DNA from: a bacterium
GTDB taxonomy: Bacteria; Patescibacteriota; Minisyncoccia; Minisyncoccales; GWA2-46-15
DNA: 64,000 nucleotides
Reading direction: 5' to 3'
NCBI GenBank assembly: GCA_030704795.1
Contig: JAUYCZ010000015.1
Location: forward strand, 27,540 to 91,539
The position numbers and the translations under genes were made by a program. Below, piece after piece: positions 8,916 through 18,236 of this stretch; the stretch's first letter is position 1, and each line of letters opens with the position of its first letter. Below the pieces are notes generated by a model, which worked only from the letters and a program-made list of their open reading frames with translations, was not told the DNA's origin and ran no database searches.

Positions 8916-11147
8916 TTAACGAATGACCAGGGTAGAATTGCCCCAAACGGTCAAACCGCCCCTCTCGGCCATCACCTTAGCGATGTAGGTGCCGGCGGGA
9001 GAGTAAGCGCAGGAATAATTGGCGCTGGTTGAATTAAGCGAAACCACGTTATCCCAAACGCCGTCTGAAGTGCAATCAAATTTAAAGAGAGTGATGCCGG
9101 TCACGGTTCCAGAAACCGTCGCCGTTAGATTAGAACTGAGAGGAGCCGGCCCGCTATTCGGTTGAGCTTGAAGAGTCACAAAAAGGGTCGGCGTTGGGTT
9201 GCTGGTGGCTAGGCCCACGTAGATGACCGAAATTCCTTCGATAGTCATGCCGCCCCTCTGAACCTGTGTTTTGGCCCGATACTCGCCGCTCAAAGGGTAA
9301 TTGCAGAGATCGGCGACGAAGTATTGGATGGCATCGGTGGTGGTTTGAAACTCCCAATTCCCGTCTGAAGTGCAGTCAAACTTATAACTGATAATGCCCG
9401 TCGCCGTTCCGGTCACGGTCGTTCTCAAATCAACTCCGTTCAAAGGAGCGTTGCCGGTATTGGGAATCGCTTCCAGGGCGGCGTATAAGGTTAACCGAGG
9501 ATTGACGTTCACGATCACCGAATCGGTGGCATTTCCCCCGCTGCCGCTGCAAGTAATGATATATGTTTTTGAGCTGGTTAAGTTGTTGGTTGATTCAAAA
9601 CCACCGGTGGCTTTGGCCCCGGCCCAGTCGCCGCTAGCCGTACAAATAGTGGTGTTGCTTGAAGTCCAGAAGAGAGTGGCGGCGGTGTTGTAATCAATGG
9701 TGATTGGACCGTCAGAGCTGTTGGCTTTGATGTCGACGGTTGGCGCCGGGGTCTGGACAATGGCCGAAACTGAATCATTAGCCGTACCGCCCGCGCCGGT
9801 GCAAGAAATTGTATAGGTGTAGGTTTTGACAACAGTTAGACTGCCGGTTGATTCTGAGCCAGAAGTAGCTTTGGCGCCGGTCCAGTCACCCGAGGCGGCG
9901 CAAGAGGTGGTATTGCTCGAGGTCCAAGAGAGAGTGGCGGCGGTGTTGTAGGCAACATTAACTGATCCGTCTGAATTATTAATTTTGAGGTCAACCGTCG
10001 GAGGCGGGGCCTGGACAATAACGGTAACCGAATCGGCCGCCGTGCCGCCGCTGCCGCTACAAGTAATGGTATAAGTTTTCGAATTGGTCAAACTGCCGGT
10101 TGATTCCGAGCCAGAAACGGCTTTACTACCCGACCAGTCGCCCGAGGCGGCGCAAGAGGTGGTATTGCTCGAGGTCCAAGAGAGAGTGGCGGCGGTGTTG
10201 TAGGCAATCGTCACCGGACCATCAGAACCATTGGCTTTTAAATCGACGGTGGGAGCGGCAGACTGAACAATAACAGTAACTGAATCATTGGCCGTCCCGC
10301 CCGCACCGGTACAAGAAATTGTATAAGTCTTCGAATTAGTCAAACTGCCGGTTGATTCCGAGCCAGAAGTAGCCTTGGCGCCGGCCCAGTCGCTGCTGGC
10401 CGTACAAGAGGTGGCATTGGTTGAAATCCAGGAAAGAGTGGCGGCGGTATTGTAGGCAATCGTCACCGGGCCGTCAGAGCTGTTGGCTTTGATGTCGACG
10501 GTGGGAGCGGTGGCTGGTTGGACAATAACGGTGACCGAATCATTGGCCATGCCCCCGGCCCCGGTACAACTTATGGTATAAGTCTTCGAATTAGTCAGAC
10601 TGCCGGTTGATTCCGAGCCAGAAGTAGCTTTGGCTCCGGCCCAGTCACCCGAGGCGGTGCAGGCAGTGGCATTGGTCGAGGCCCAAGACAAAGTGGCGGC
10701 GGTATTGTAGGCAATCGTCACCGGGCCGTCAGAACCATTGGCTTTGATGTCGACGGTGGGCAGGCTTTGAGATTGAACAAAAATGGCAATCGTTCCCTGA
10801 AAAGAAAGGTTTTCTCTTTCCACCTTAACCGTGGCCGTATAATTCCCCACGCTGGCGTAGTTGCAGAGATCGACCGCCGTATAGCTGGTGCCACTCTGGG
10901 TGATGGTTCTCTCCCAGCTGCCGTCAGAAGTACAGTCAAATCGATAAGTCACGTCGCCCGAGGCCGTGCCCGAAACCACGGCCGACAAATCCACACCGGT
11001 CAAAGAGCCAACGCCGGTCGAGGGATTGGCAGAAATGTCAGCGAATAAAGTATTGCCCGCGCTCGCTGGTAACGGGGGTAAAAAACTCAAAACCAAGCTG
11101 GTCAAAACCAGCATTGCCAAATTTTTTCTCAAAAAAGTTTGTGTCAT
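8916..11147 (-). CDS. Secreted Ser/Thr-rich Ig-like repeat protein (putative adhesin)
   Basis: Probable start MTQTF (11147); signal peptide; five ~85-aa tandem repeats flanked by three FDCTSDGxW domains. Confidence 0.8.
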   Translation of the reverse strand: MTQTFLRKNLAMLVLTSLVLSFLPPLPASAGNTLFADISANPSTGVGSLTGVDLSAVVSGTASGDVTYRFDCTSDGSWERTITQSGTSYTAVDLCNYASVGNYTATVKVERENLSFQGTIAIFVQSQSLPTVDIKANGSDGPVTIAYNTAATLSWASTNATACTASGDWAGAKATSGSESTGSLTNSKTYTISCTGAGGMANDSVTVIVQPATAPTVDIKANSSDGPVTIAYNTAATLSWISTNATSCTASSDWAGAKATSGSESTGSLTNSKTYTISCTGAGGTANDSVTVIVQSAAPTVDLKANGSDGPVTIAYNTAATLSWTSSNTTSCAASGDWSGSKAVSGSESTGSLTNSKTYTITCSGSGGTAADSVTVIVQAPPPTVDLKINNSDGSVNVAYNTAATLSWTSSNTTSCAASGDWTGAKATSGSESTGSLTVVKTYTYTISCTGAGGTANDSVSAIVQTPAPTVDIKANSSDGPITIDYNTAATLFWTSSNTTICTASGDWAGAKATGGFESTNNLTSSKTYIITCSGSGGNATDSVIVNVNPRLTLYAALEAIPNTGNAPLNGVDLRTTVTGTATGIISYKFDCTSDGNWEFQTTTDAIQYFVADLCNYPLSGEYRAKTQVQRGGMTIEGISVIYVGLATSNPTPTLFVTLQAQPNSGPAPLSSNLTATVSGTVTGITLFKFDCTSDGVWDNVVSLNSTSANYSCAYSPAGTYIAKVMAERGGLTVWGNSTLVIR
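9505..10760 (-). repeat. Five tandem ~255-bp coding repeats
   Basis: PTVDIKANxSDGP...LSWxSxNxTxCxASGDW...TYTIxC units starting near 10760, 10504, 10253, 10001, 9743. Confidence 0.9.
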
Positions 11148-11298
11148 ATTTGAAAATTGATAATTAATAATAAGAACCTTGTCTTTCTTGCTTTGCTCGA
11201 AAGTTGAAAATTTGTCTTCCCTCCTCTTCAATAGAGACCGTATCTCCATTGAACAAGAGGGATCTGAGCAACGACCCCTCTTGTCGTTGTTGATCCCT

Positions 11299-12687
11299 TT
11301 ACTGGACGATCACGTCCGCGTCTCCGACGATGGTCAGGTTTTGCCTGACTACTTGGACCTTCGGCCGGTAGTTACCCGGCACAAGGTAAGTGCAAGACGC
11401 CGTCGCGCTCGATTGAGAACTGGGGAAGGCGTACTCCCAGCTCCCATTACCCTCGCAGTCGAAACTGTAGAGGATGTTCCCGGTTGCCGTGCCGGAAACA
11501 TTAGCGACGAGGTTTGAGGTCAGGGGCGCCAAACCCGTATTCGGCTGGGGCGCGAGACTGACGCTCAGCGTTGGCGGCGCCGAGGTTGCCGTGGGCTGTG
11601 GCGTGCTCGTCGGTACCAGGGTCGCTGTTGGCGGTACCGACGTTGACGTCGGCGCCACCGTGGCGGTTGGCGCGAACACGTTGACCGTCGCATTACCACT
11701 GGCGGTCAAGCCTTGTCGCTGAACTTGCACTGCCGGCCGATACGTGCCGGCTTGGTACGTGCACAGCTGGACTGGCGACGTGGTCCAGCCGCCAAAGTTG
11801 CTGCCGTCGCAGGCAAACCGATACAAGATCGGCCCCTGCGCTGAACCGTAAACATTGGTTGTTAAGTTTACGGCCTGTCCGACCATTGCTTGGTCAGGCA
11901 CGGGCCGCAACTCGACGTGGAGGTCCACCGTCGGCGTTGCGGTTGGAGTCGGCGTGTGCGTCGACGTATTGGTTGGCGCCGGCGTGTTAGTGGGCACGCC
12001 AGGCACCGGGGTACTGGTCGGCAACGGCGTCCGTGTTGGCGGCACGGGCGTGGTTGGTTCGACCCATTGGATCGGATTGCCGCATCTGGGCGACAAAGCC
12101 CAGTGGACGCCACCGATGACGCCTAGATCCCACGCCGGACCAATGTCCAGCGCTTCGCTAGTTGTCAACGGCCGCCATTTGCCGCTCGTGCCGTGGCACG
12201 AACCGATCTGCGCCCCGACCGGTATTACGATTTTTGCCGGCTCGACCCCCGACAGTTTTCCTGTCGGAAAGCCGGCAAACCGATTCAGCGTCGCGCCAGC
12301 GCCTTGCGCCTGGGTCCAGCTGATATCACTACCAGCCGGCCCGATGCAACGCCCCGAATCCCACCAACGACCAGTTGCCGACGTCGGCACTGGCCCTTGC
12401 GTTGGCGTTGCCGGCAGAGTGCCACTCACGCCCGGCACCACGAAGGTGGCGATCGGTGCAGCGGCTGTGGCACCTGGCACGGCGAACGTTGAGCTCGTCA
12501 TCGGCGTTGGCATCGGCGTTTCCGACGTCGCGACAACGGGTGACAGTCCGGTGGTCGGCGTCGATGACGCCGGCCCCAGGCTGACACGCGCCAAGCCCGA
12601 GTTCGCCAGCAACACCACGCCCAGGACGCAACATGCCAACAAAAGCAGAAGCGCCCCAATCCCAATCAAGACCGTCACTCTGTTCAT
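11299..12687 (-). CDS. High-GC Pro/Thr-rich membrane-anchored protein with C-terminal PKD-like domains
   Basis: N-terminal TM, PT linkers, C-terminal YSFDCEGNGSWE domain homologous to neighbours; GGAAGGA upstream. Confidence 0.75.
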   Translation of the reverse strand: MNRVTVLIGIGALLLLLACCVLGVVLLANSGLARVSLGPASSTPTTGLSPVVATSETPMPTPMTSSTFAVPGATAAAPIATFVVPGVSGTLPATPTQGPVPTSATGRWWDSGRCIGPAGSDISWTQAQGAGATLNRFAGFPTGKLSGVEPAKIVIPVGAQIGSCHGTSGKWRPLTTSEALDIGPAWDLGVIGGVHWALSPRCGNPIQWVEPTTPVPPTRTPLPTSTPVPGVPTNTPAPTNTSTHTPTPTATPTVDLHVELRPVPDQAMVGQAVNLTTNVYGSAQGPILYRFACDGSNFGGWTTSPVQLCTYQAGTYRPAVQVQRQGLTASGNATVNVFAPTATVAPTSTSVPPTATLVPTSTPQPTATSAPPTLSVSLAPQPNTGLAPLTSNLVANVSGTATGNILYSFDCEGNGSWEYAFPSSQSSATASCTYLVPGNYRPKVQVVRQNLTIVGDADVIVQ

Positions 12688-12768
12688 CTTATCCTTCCTT
12701 TCTTCGCTATGCGAAAGTTCTATATAAACCGCAGACTCTTTCCGCGGATTCCTACTTTAATCACATCT

Positions 12769-13473
12769 TTACTGGTTTGTCAATGCCGCGGGAGAAGTTA
12801 ATACCGCTTCAACCGCTAATCGGCGAACGTCTTGGCCCGGCGGCCAGCAGGTAATCAAATAAATCAACTGTTGAGAATTGTTTTCATTAACCGGAATTTC
12901 TTCTCCCTTTGCTAAAAATATTTTTTGGGTTATCTGATAACGGTATTGTTTATTTTCAAAATTAATAAAAATCTCATCGCCCGTCTCTAAGTCGTTCAGC
13001 TGACTAAAAACCCAATAATATTTGAGCTTGGGCCAGCCCGGCGGAGAGGAATGGCCCAAAATAAACATCCGGCCCTCCCCGCCCGGGGAGTCCGAGCCCG
13101 GATAAACGGCCACGCCCCTCAGTAGGTCTTTGACGACTTCTTTAACCTCGGCCATTTTTGAAAAAACCAAAGGGACGCCCAGCGAAAGCCGGGGAATCTC
13201 CAAGCTGTCGGGCTTCTCGGTCAAAACAAATTTGATTTTTTCTGGCTTCAAGGACGCTTCAATACCCGACCTTGACGAAAGAACATCGGACGTTGACGGC
13301 AAACCCTCTTTTAAAATTTGGGCCTGGGTTTCAAAAATATTGAGCTGGTTTCTGAAGTAGTTAAAAGCCTGATTGAGGCTCAAAACCAGAAAAAAGAAGA
13401 TGAAAGAAAAACAGAAGAAAAGAATAATTTTCCTGATTTCGATCAAAAGATTAATCGGCTCTCTAGAGTCCAT
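12769..13473 (-). CDS. Sortase
   Basis: LEIPRL, ILGHSS, GDEI, LITCWPPG..RR (catalytic His/Cys/Arg). Confidence 0.88.
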   Translation of the reverse strand: MDSREPINLLIEIRKIILFFCFSFIFFFLVLSLNQAFNYFRNQLNIFETQAQILKEGLPSTSDVLSSRSGIEASLKPEKIKFVLTEKPDSLEIPRLSLGVPLVFSKMAEVKEVVKDLLRGVAVYPGSDSPGGEGRMFILGHSSPPGWPKLKYYWVFSQLNDLETGDEIFINFENKQYRYQITQKIFLAKGEEIPVNENNSQQLIYLITCWPPGQDVRRLAVEAVLTSPAALTNQ

Positions 13474-14434
13474 TGATGATGACGTTATGTGGAATTAAAC
13501 TAATAATCAATTGTTTATCGAGAAAACTGGAAAGAATGAATAAGAGAATGAAAAAGGTCGTGTTTAAAACCAAATCCCGACTCTTGATTCCTTGAGCTAA
13601 ACTGACGAAAAGGTTGAAGATTAAGGCGCCGATCAAAAAGAGTAAGAAGAGACTAACTAATCTTGAGGTCAATGGATCGTATTGGGTGACGCCGAAGCTG
13701 ATGATTGATTCCAGGGGCTTAGGCGTTGGAGATTTCTGGGTTTCGCCGGCCATGACGGCTGGAGACGAGGCCAAGGGCGACGGACTGATCAACGGTGACG
13801 GCTGGGGCGTTGGGGTCGTCAGGGGCCGCGCGACCGGCGTGCCAAAAAACTGAACCACCAAAGTTGTTTCCTGACCCTGAAAATCGCCCTTGACCACGGC
13901 GATGCCGATTTCCTTATAACTCGGGTTCAAAAGATTTTGTCGATGCGATGGCGAATCGTTCCAAGCCTTTTCCACTTCTCCAGACTCCAAAAAACCAATG
14001 GCTAAATTCTCTCCGGCCACCTGATAGTTATAACCGCTCTTTTTAAACCATTGCCAGGGCGGAATACCGCTAGGACTGACGTGGGAAAAATAATCATTCT
14101 GCAACATGTCCTGAGCCTTGGCGTAGGCGGCCTGAGTCAAAACCGGGTTTTCTTTCAGGATGGCCAATCCCTTCGCCTGCCGGTTTTGATTAGTGAGATC
14201 GATTAAGGTTGAACTGACTACTTCGGCAAAAAAAGAAGTGCTGGGAAATAAGAAATAGAATGGAAAAACGATTAATCTTAAAACCAAAAAGAGTAAAAGA
14301 TAATAAGCCAAAAACCGCCTTTGTAAGAAAAGGGGTCGGAATTCATTTTCCGGGCAAGGGAAAAAAGCGAGCTTTAACTGAGGTAATAAGTTTTTTAGAG
14401 TAAAAATCCTTTCCATCTTGACAAATAATAACAC
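13463..14434 (-). CDS. CAP/SCP-domain membrane protein
   Basis: LTNQNR, YFSHVSP, AGENLA, WNDSPSHRQNLL, EIGIAV. Confidence 0.88.
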   Translation of the reverse strand: MLLFVKMERIFTLKNLLPQLKLAFFPCPENEFRPLFLQRRFLAYYLLLFLVLRLIVFPFYFLFPSTSFFAEVVSSTLIDLTNQNRQAKGLAILKENPVLTQAAYAKAQDMLQNDYFSHVSPSGIPPWQWFKKSGYNYQVAGENLAIGFLESGEVEKAWNDSPSHRQNLLNPSYKEIGIAVVKGDFQGQETTLVVQFFGTPVARPLTTPTPQPSPLISPSPLASSPAVMAGETQKSPTPKPLESIISFGVTQYDPLTSRLVSLFLLFLIGALIFNLFVSLAQGIKSRDLVLNTTFFILLFILSSFLDKQLIISLIPHNVIINGL

Positions 14435-14463
14435 TGTTTTGCCTATTAGTCAAGATAGGAAAG

Positions 14464-15327
14464 CTAACGAATGACTTCCGGAATGGCTTCGATCAAATCC
14501 GTGGCCATCAAAGACTCTCCGAGCTTCTTGACGGCTAATTCTCCGGCCAAGCCGTTGATGTAAGCGGCCGCTTGAGCGGCGGTGAAAGCATCAACGCCCC
14601 GAGCCAAAAAAGCGCCGGCAATACCCGACAGGCTGTCGCCCGTACCGCCCTTGGCCAAATAGGGTCCGCCGGTTTTGTTTAGAGCTACTTCCTGGCCGTC
14701 AGAAATAATATCCGTTCTACCCTTTAATAAAATAGTTATTTTTAATCTCTCGGCCTGTTCCTGAACTATTTTAATCTTCTCTTCATTGGGCAGTTTGTAA
14801 ACTTCTTTCCCGGTTAGAATATAAAACTCGAAAGTATTGGGCGTGATGATGGAATTCTTTCCTTTAACCACGCTGGGATCCTTGACGAGGGCATGAATGG
14901 CATCCGCGTCAATCACGGCGGGCAAGGTATTGGTAGAGAGAAATTCCAGAATTGCCTCCTGAGTCTCTGGGCTCCGACCCATACCGCCGCCAATGACTAC
15001 AGCGGTTTTACCATAAGAAACGCTTTTGGCTGATTCGGCCATGGCCAGCAAAGTGGTGACGTGCTTTTTTTCCAGCCAATCGCCGGCCAAGGGATAGGCG
15101 GCGAGAATCGGTGAAAAAGAAGCAATGATATCGGCCGCCCGCTTCGGCGCAATGATCCTAACCATATCGCAGCCGGCTTTAAAAGCGGCCAAACTCGCCA
15201 GGGCCGGGGAACCGGAATAAAACTCAGAACCGCCGATGACCAACAAAAGCCCAAAGTCATATTTCTTGGCATCTTGAGGCCGCGGCTTATAGATATTTTT
15301 TAAAATGCTCTTGGTGACTTCAATCAT
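14464..15327 (-). CDS. nnrD: ADP-dependent NAD(P)H-hydrate dehydratase
   Basis: VIGGS..YSG, VIDADA, ITPN, LLKG, GGTGD. Confidence 0.85.
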   Translation of the reverse strand: MIEVTKSILKNIYKPRPQDAKKYDFGLLLVIGGSEFYSGSPALASLAAFKAGCDMVRIIAPKRAADIIASFSPILAAYPLAGDWLEKKHVTTLLAMAESAKSVSYGKTAVVIGGGMGRSPETQEAILEFLSTNTLPAVIDADAIHALVKDPSVVKGKNSIITPNTFEFYILTGKEVYKLPNEEKIKIVQEQAERLKITILLKGRTDIISDGQEVALNKTGGPYLAKGGTGDSLSGIAGAFLARGVDAFTAAQAAAYINGLAGELAVKKLGESLMATDLIEAIPEVIR

Positions 15328-15351
15328 TTCATTTTTTAATTAAAATTATTG

Positions 15352-16197
15352 TTAGAAAAGTTTAAGTTTTTTAGCTAAGGATAGATTAGATTTAAGCCAA
15401 TCGCGAGGATTGCCGCATTCCAGCCATTGACCCTCAAACTCACAACCATAAATCATCTTACCATCTTCGATCATCTTTTTAAAGGTCTCGGCCAGAATGA
15501 TTTCGCCGCGGAAAGAAGGTTTGGCTTTCTCGAGATAATTAAAAACTTCGGGAGTCAAAATGTATTTACCCACGATGACCAGGTTTGAGGGGGCTTTGGC
15601 CATCTTGGGTTTTTCCACAATCTTCTGAATTTGGTAAAGCTTAGGGCCAATTTTTTTAACGGCGACGGTTCCATAAAGGCTAACCTTCTCCCTTGGCACT
15701 CTTTTTAGGGCGATGACGGGCTGGCCGTATTTCTGGAAAACCCGGGCGAGCTGTAAAAGACAAGGAGTTTTTGAAACAACCAGATCGTCGCCAAAAGAAA
15801 CCATACAAGGTTCCCGGCCAACTATTTTTCGAGACAGCCTAATGGCATGGCCATCTCCCAAAGGTCTCCTTTGTAAAACAAAGGAAAAAGAAAGTTTCTG
15901 CCATCTTTTTTCTCCTTCTTTAAGTTCCTTTAAGAGATCAAGTTTGCCTCTTTCTCTTAAAACCTTTTCCATCTTTGGATTGGGTTTAAAGTAATCCCGC
16001 AGGATTTTCTTTTCCGGCGAAACAACAAAAATAACTTCTTTGGCGCCCGAGTCCTTGACTTCCTCGACGATATAGTCAATGACAGGGCGATCGAGAAGCG
16101 GCCAAAGTTCTTTGGGAAAGGCCTTGGAAAGCGGAAGAAACCGGGTCCCTAGCCCGGCAATTGGTAGAACGGCTTTTTTGATTGATGGATACTTCAT
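15352..16197 (-). CDS. galU: UTP--glucose-1-phosphate uridylyltransferase
   Basis: KAVLPIAGLGTRFLP.SKA.PKE, PLGDGHA, VEKP; start moved to MKYPS (16197). Confidence 0.88.
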   Translation of the reverse strand: MKYPSIKKAVLPIAGLGTRFLPLSKAFPKELWPLLDRPVIDYIVEEVKDSGAKEVIFVVSPEKKILRDYFKPNPKMEKVLRERGKLDLLKELKEGEKRWQKLSFSFVLQRRPLGDGHAIRLSRKIVGREPCMVSFGDDLVVSKTPCLLQLARVFQKYGQPVIALKRVPREKVSLYGTVAVKKIGPKLYQIQKIVEKPKMAKAPSNLVIVGKYILTPEVFNYLEKAKPSFRGEIILAETFKKMIEDGKMIYGCEFEGQWLECGNPRDWLKSNLSLAKKLKLF

Positions 16198-16247
16198 CGT
16201 AAGAACCTTGCCTTCGGCAAGAACCTTGTTTCTCACTTTGTTCGAAA

Positions 16248-17471
16248 TTAAAAAAGCCCTCGCCTCAAAATGGCAGGCGTCTCCCAAACTCTTTCTTTGG
16301 CGGCAATCGTTTCCTCTTCTGCCTTGACCTCTTCTTTAATCTGGAGGGCGTTGCGTCTAACCTTTTCTTCGGTCCTGACGGACCCGGTGGAATCTTCCTT
16401 GGGCGATCCTCCTTTTATCTTTTTGCGCTTTTTGGACTTGGTCCCGGAACCTTTTATTCGCCGACTCCCCAAGTTCTTGTCTCGACCGCCGATGGCCAGC
16501 AGAATCACCCGGATAGTTTCGGAAAGTTTTTTATTAAAACTAACGCCGAAAATAATCCTCGCTTCGGGATGAACCGCATTAAAAACGAGCTGGCTGATTT
16601 CCGAGACCTCGGCCAAGCTCAAATTGGGATCAGAAATAATGTTGAATAAAACGGCGCGGGCGCGACGAAAGTTATAGGATAAAAAGATGTTTTGGAAGAT
16701 TTTCTTCTTGACCTCTTCGATTTTAGCGCCCTTGTCGAATTCGCAACTGGCCAAAAAGGCCCCTTTGCCCTTGCCGTCTAAAATCGTTTTCAGGTCGGCA
16801 AAATCAATATTGATCAATCCCGGCTGAAAAATCAGACCGATCAACCCTTCCAAGCCTCGAGACAAAACTTTGTTGATGGCGGAAAAACCTTCATTGAAAG
16901 AAGCGTTTTTGTCTAAGGCCTGGAAAATCTTTTCGTTGGGTAAAACCAGAGTGGCATTCAGGCTGGCTTTCATCTTCTCGAGCGAATCTCGGGCGATTTC
17001 TATCTTTTTTTCTCCCTCAAATTTAAAAGGAAGGGTAAAAATGCCAAAAGTCAAAATTCCCTCTTGCCGGGCAATCTTGGCAAAGATCGGAGCCGCGCCC
17101 GATCCTGTCCCGCCGCCCAAACAAGAAATAATAAAGCAAAGATCGCTGCCTTTGAGGAATTTGACAATTTTCTCTTTTTCGGCCAGGGCAGCGGCCCTCC
17201 CGATTTCTGGATCCATGCCCGTACCCAAACCGCGGGTAAACTTTTCTCCGAAGTTAAAAACCTTGATCGCTCCGGAAGTTCTTTTGCGCGAACGCCAGTC
17301 GGTATTGGCGACCAAAAAATCGACTCTCTTTAACTCTGGAGCCAGTTCTGAAACGATCGCCGCTCCCCCATCACCGATGCCAATAACTCTAATCCGGGTT
17401 TTCTTCAATTTGAGATCCTCTCCGGGTTTTTCCACGTTTCTCGCCCTGCTCGAAATAATTTTTTTGGCCAT
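16248..17471 (-). CDS. ftsZ: Cell division protein FtsZ (divergent)
   Basis: ANTD, GLGTG.DPE.G, GGGTGSG, PFKFEG, GLINIDFAD, C-terminal ETPAILRR. Confidence 0.88.
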   Translation of the reverse strand: MAKKIISSRARNVEKPGEDLKLKKTRIRVIGIGDGGAAIVSELAPELKRVDFLVANTDWRSRKRTSGAIKVFNFGEKFTRGLGTGMDPEIGRAAALAEKEKIVKFLKGSDLCFIISCLGGGTGSGAAPIFAKIARQEGILTFGIFTLPFKFEGEKKIEIARDSLEKMKASLNATLVLPNEKIFQALDKNASFNEGFSAINKVLSRGLEGLIGLIFQPGLINIDFADLKTILDGKGKGAFLASCEFDKGAKIEEVKKKIFQNIFLSYNFRRARAVLFNIISDPNLSLAEVSEISQLVFNAVHPEARIIFGVSFNKKLSETIRVILLAIGGRDKNLGSRRIKGSGTKSKKRKKIKGGSPKEDSTGSVRTEEKVRRNALQIKEEVKAEEETIAAKERVWETPAILRRGLF

Positions 17472-17502
17472 TAATCTAATTTATCTCGTTTTAAGCCAAC
17501 GG

Positions 17503-18195
17503 TCAATCCCTTTTCAGCCAGTATTTCAGAATTGTCCAGATGCCGATGAGACCGTCTTTAGCGTGAATTTTTTTGCCCTCGGCAAAAGAGCGGGGCCGGT
17601 AGCTGATCGGCGCCTCTTTGATCTGACGACCGCTCTTTAAAAGCCTGACGGTTATTTCGGCTTCAATTTCAAAACCGTGGCTTTCCAAATTAATTGATTT
17701 GATCGCTTCGCCTCTAAACAACTTATAACCGGTATAGGCGTCGGTCAGCTGAGAGCCAAAAAGGAGGTTGATCAAAAACGTCAAAAATCTGACGCCCAAA
17801 ACATAAGGCCAATATCCCCTTCTTTCGGGGTTCAGTTCGCGAGAACCATAAACTGCGCTCAGCTCGGGATTCTCTTCTAATGTTTTTAAAAGTCGTGGCC
17901 AATCGGCCGGATCATATTCCAGATCAGCGTCTTGAATGATGATGGCTTGACCCTGAGCCGCGGAAAAACCCGTGCGCAGAGCGGCGCCCTTGCCTTGATT
18001 CCGACCGTGCTTAAAAACCCTGACTCGCTCAAAGAAAGGTTCTAATTTTTGAGCCGTGCCATCGCTTGAATCGTCATCAACGACGATGACCTCTTTCTCC
18101 CAATCCCCGATTCCCTGGGTTAAGACCTTTTCTAAAACTTTTTCGATGGTCTTTTCTTCATTGAAAACAGGAATGATAATAGAAAGCTTTTTCAT
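17503..18195 (-). CDS. GT2 glycosyltransferase (polyprenol-phosphate sugar synthase-like)
   Basis: SIIIPVFNEE, VVDD.S.D, GKGAA, QDADLEYDP. Confidence 0.9.
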   Translation of the reverse strand: MKKLSIIIPVFNEEKTIEKVLEKVLTQGIGDWEKEVIVVDDDSSDGTAQKLEPFFERVRVFKHGRNQGKGAALRTGFSAAQGQAIIIQDADLEYDPADWPRLLKTLEENPELSAVYGSRELNPERRGYWPYVLGVRFLTFLINLLFGSQLTDAYTGYKLFRGEAIKSINLESHGFEIEAEITVRLLKSGRQIKEAPISYRPRSFAEGKKIHAKDGLIGIWTILKYWLKRD

Positions 18196-18236
18196 AACAA
18201 AACTAAGTTTTGATATACCGGGCGTCCCGCCCGCTA

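Noticed and set aside
9505-10760. Regular repeats as possible CRISPR or DGR template/variable pair
   Set aside because: In-frame ~255-bp protein repeats with no spacers; no cas or reverse transcriptase in the window
11855-12727. 290-aa plus-strand ORF and other overlapping ORFs
   Set aside because: Antisense shadows of the high-GC gene; the minus frame has TM, SD and the shared domain
16870-17640. 256-aa plus-strand ORF
   Set aside because: Antisense to ftsZ
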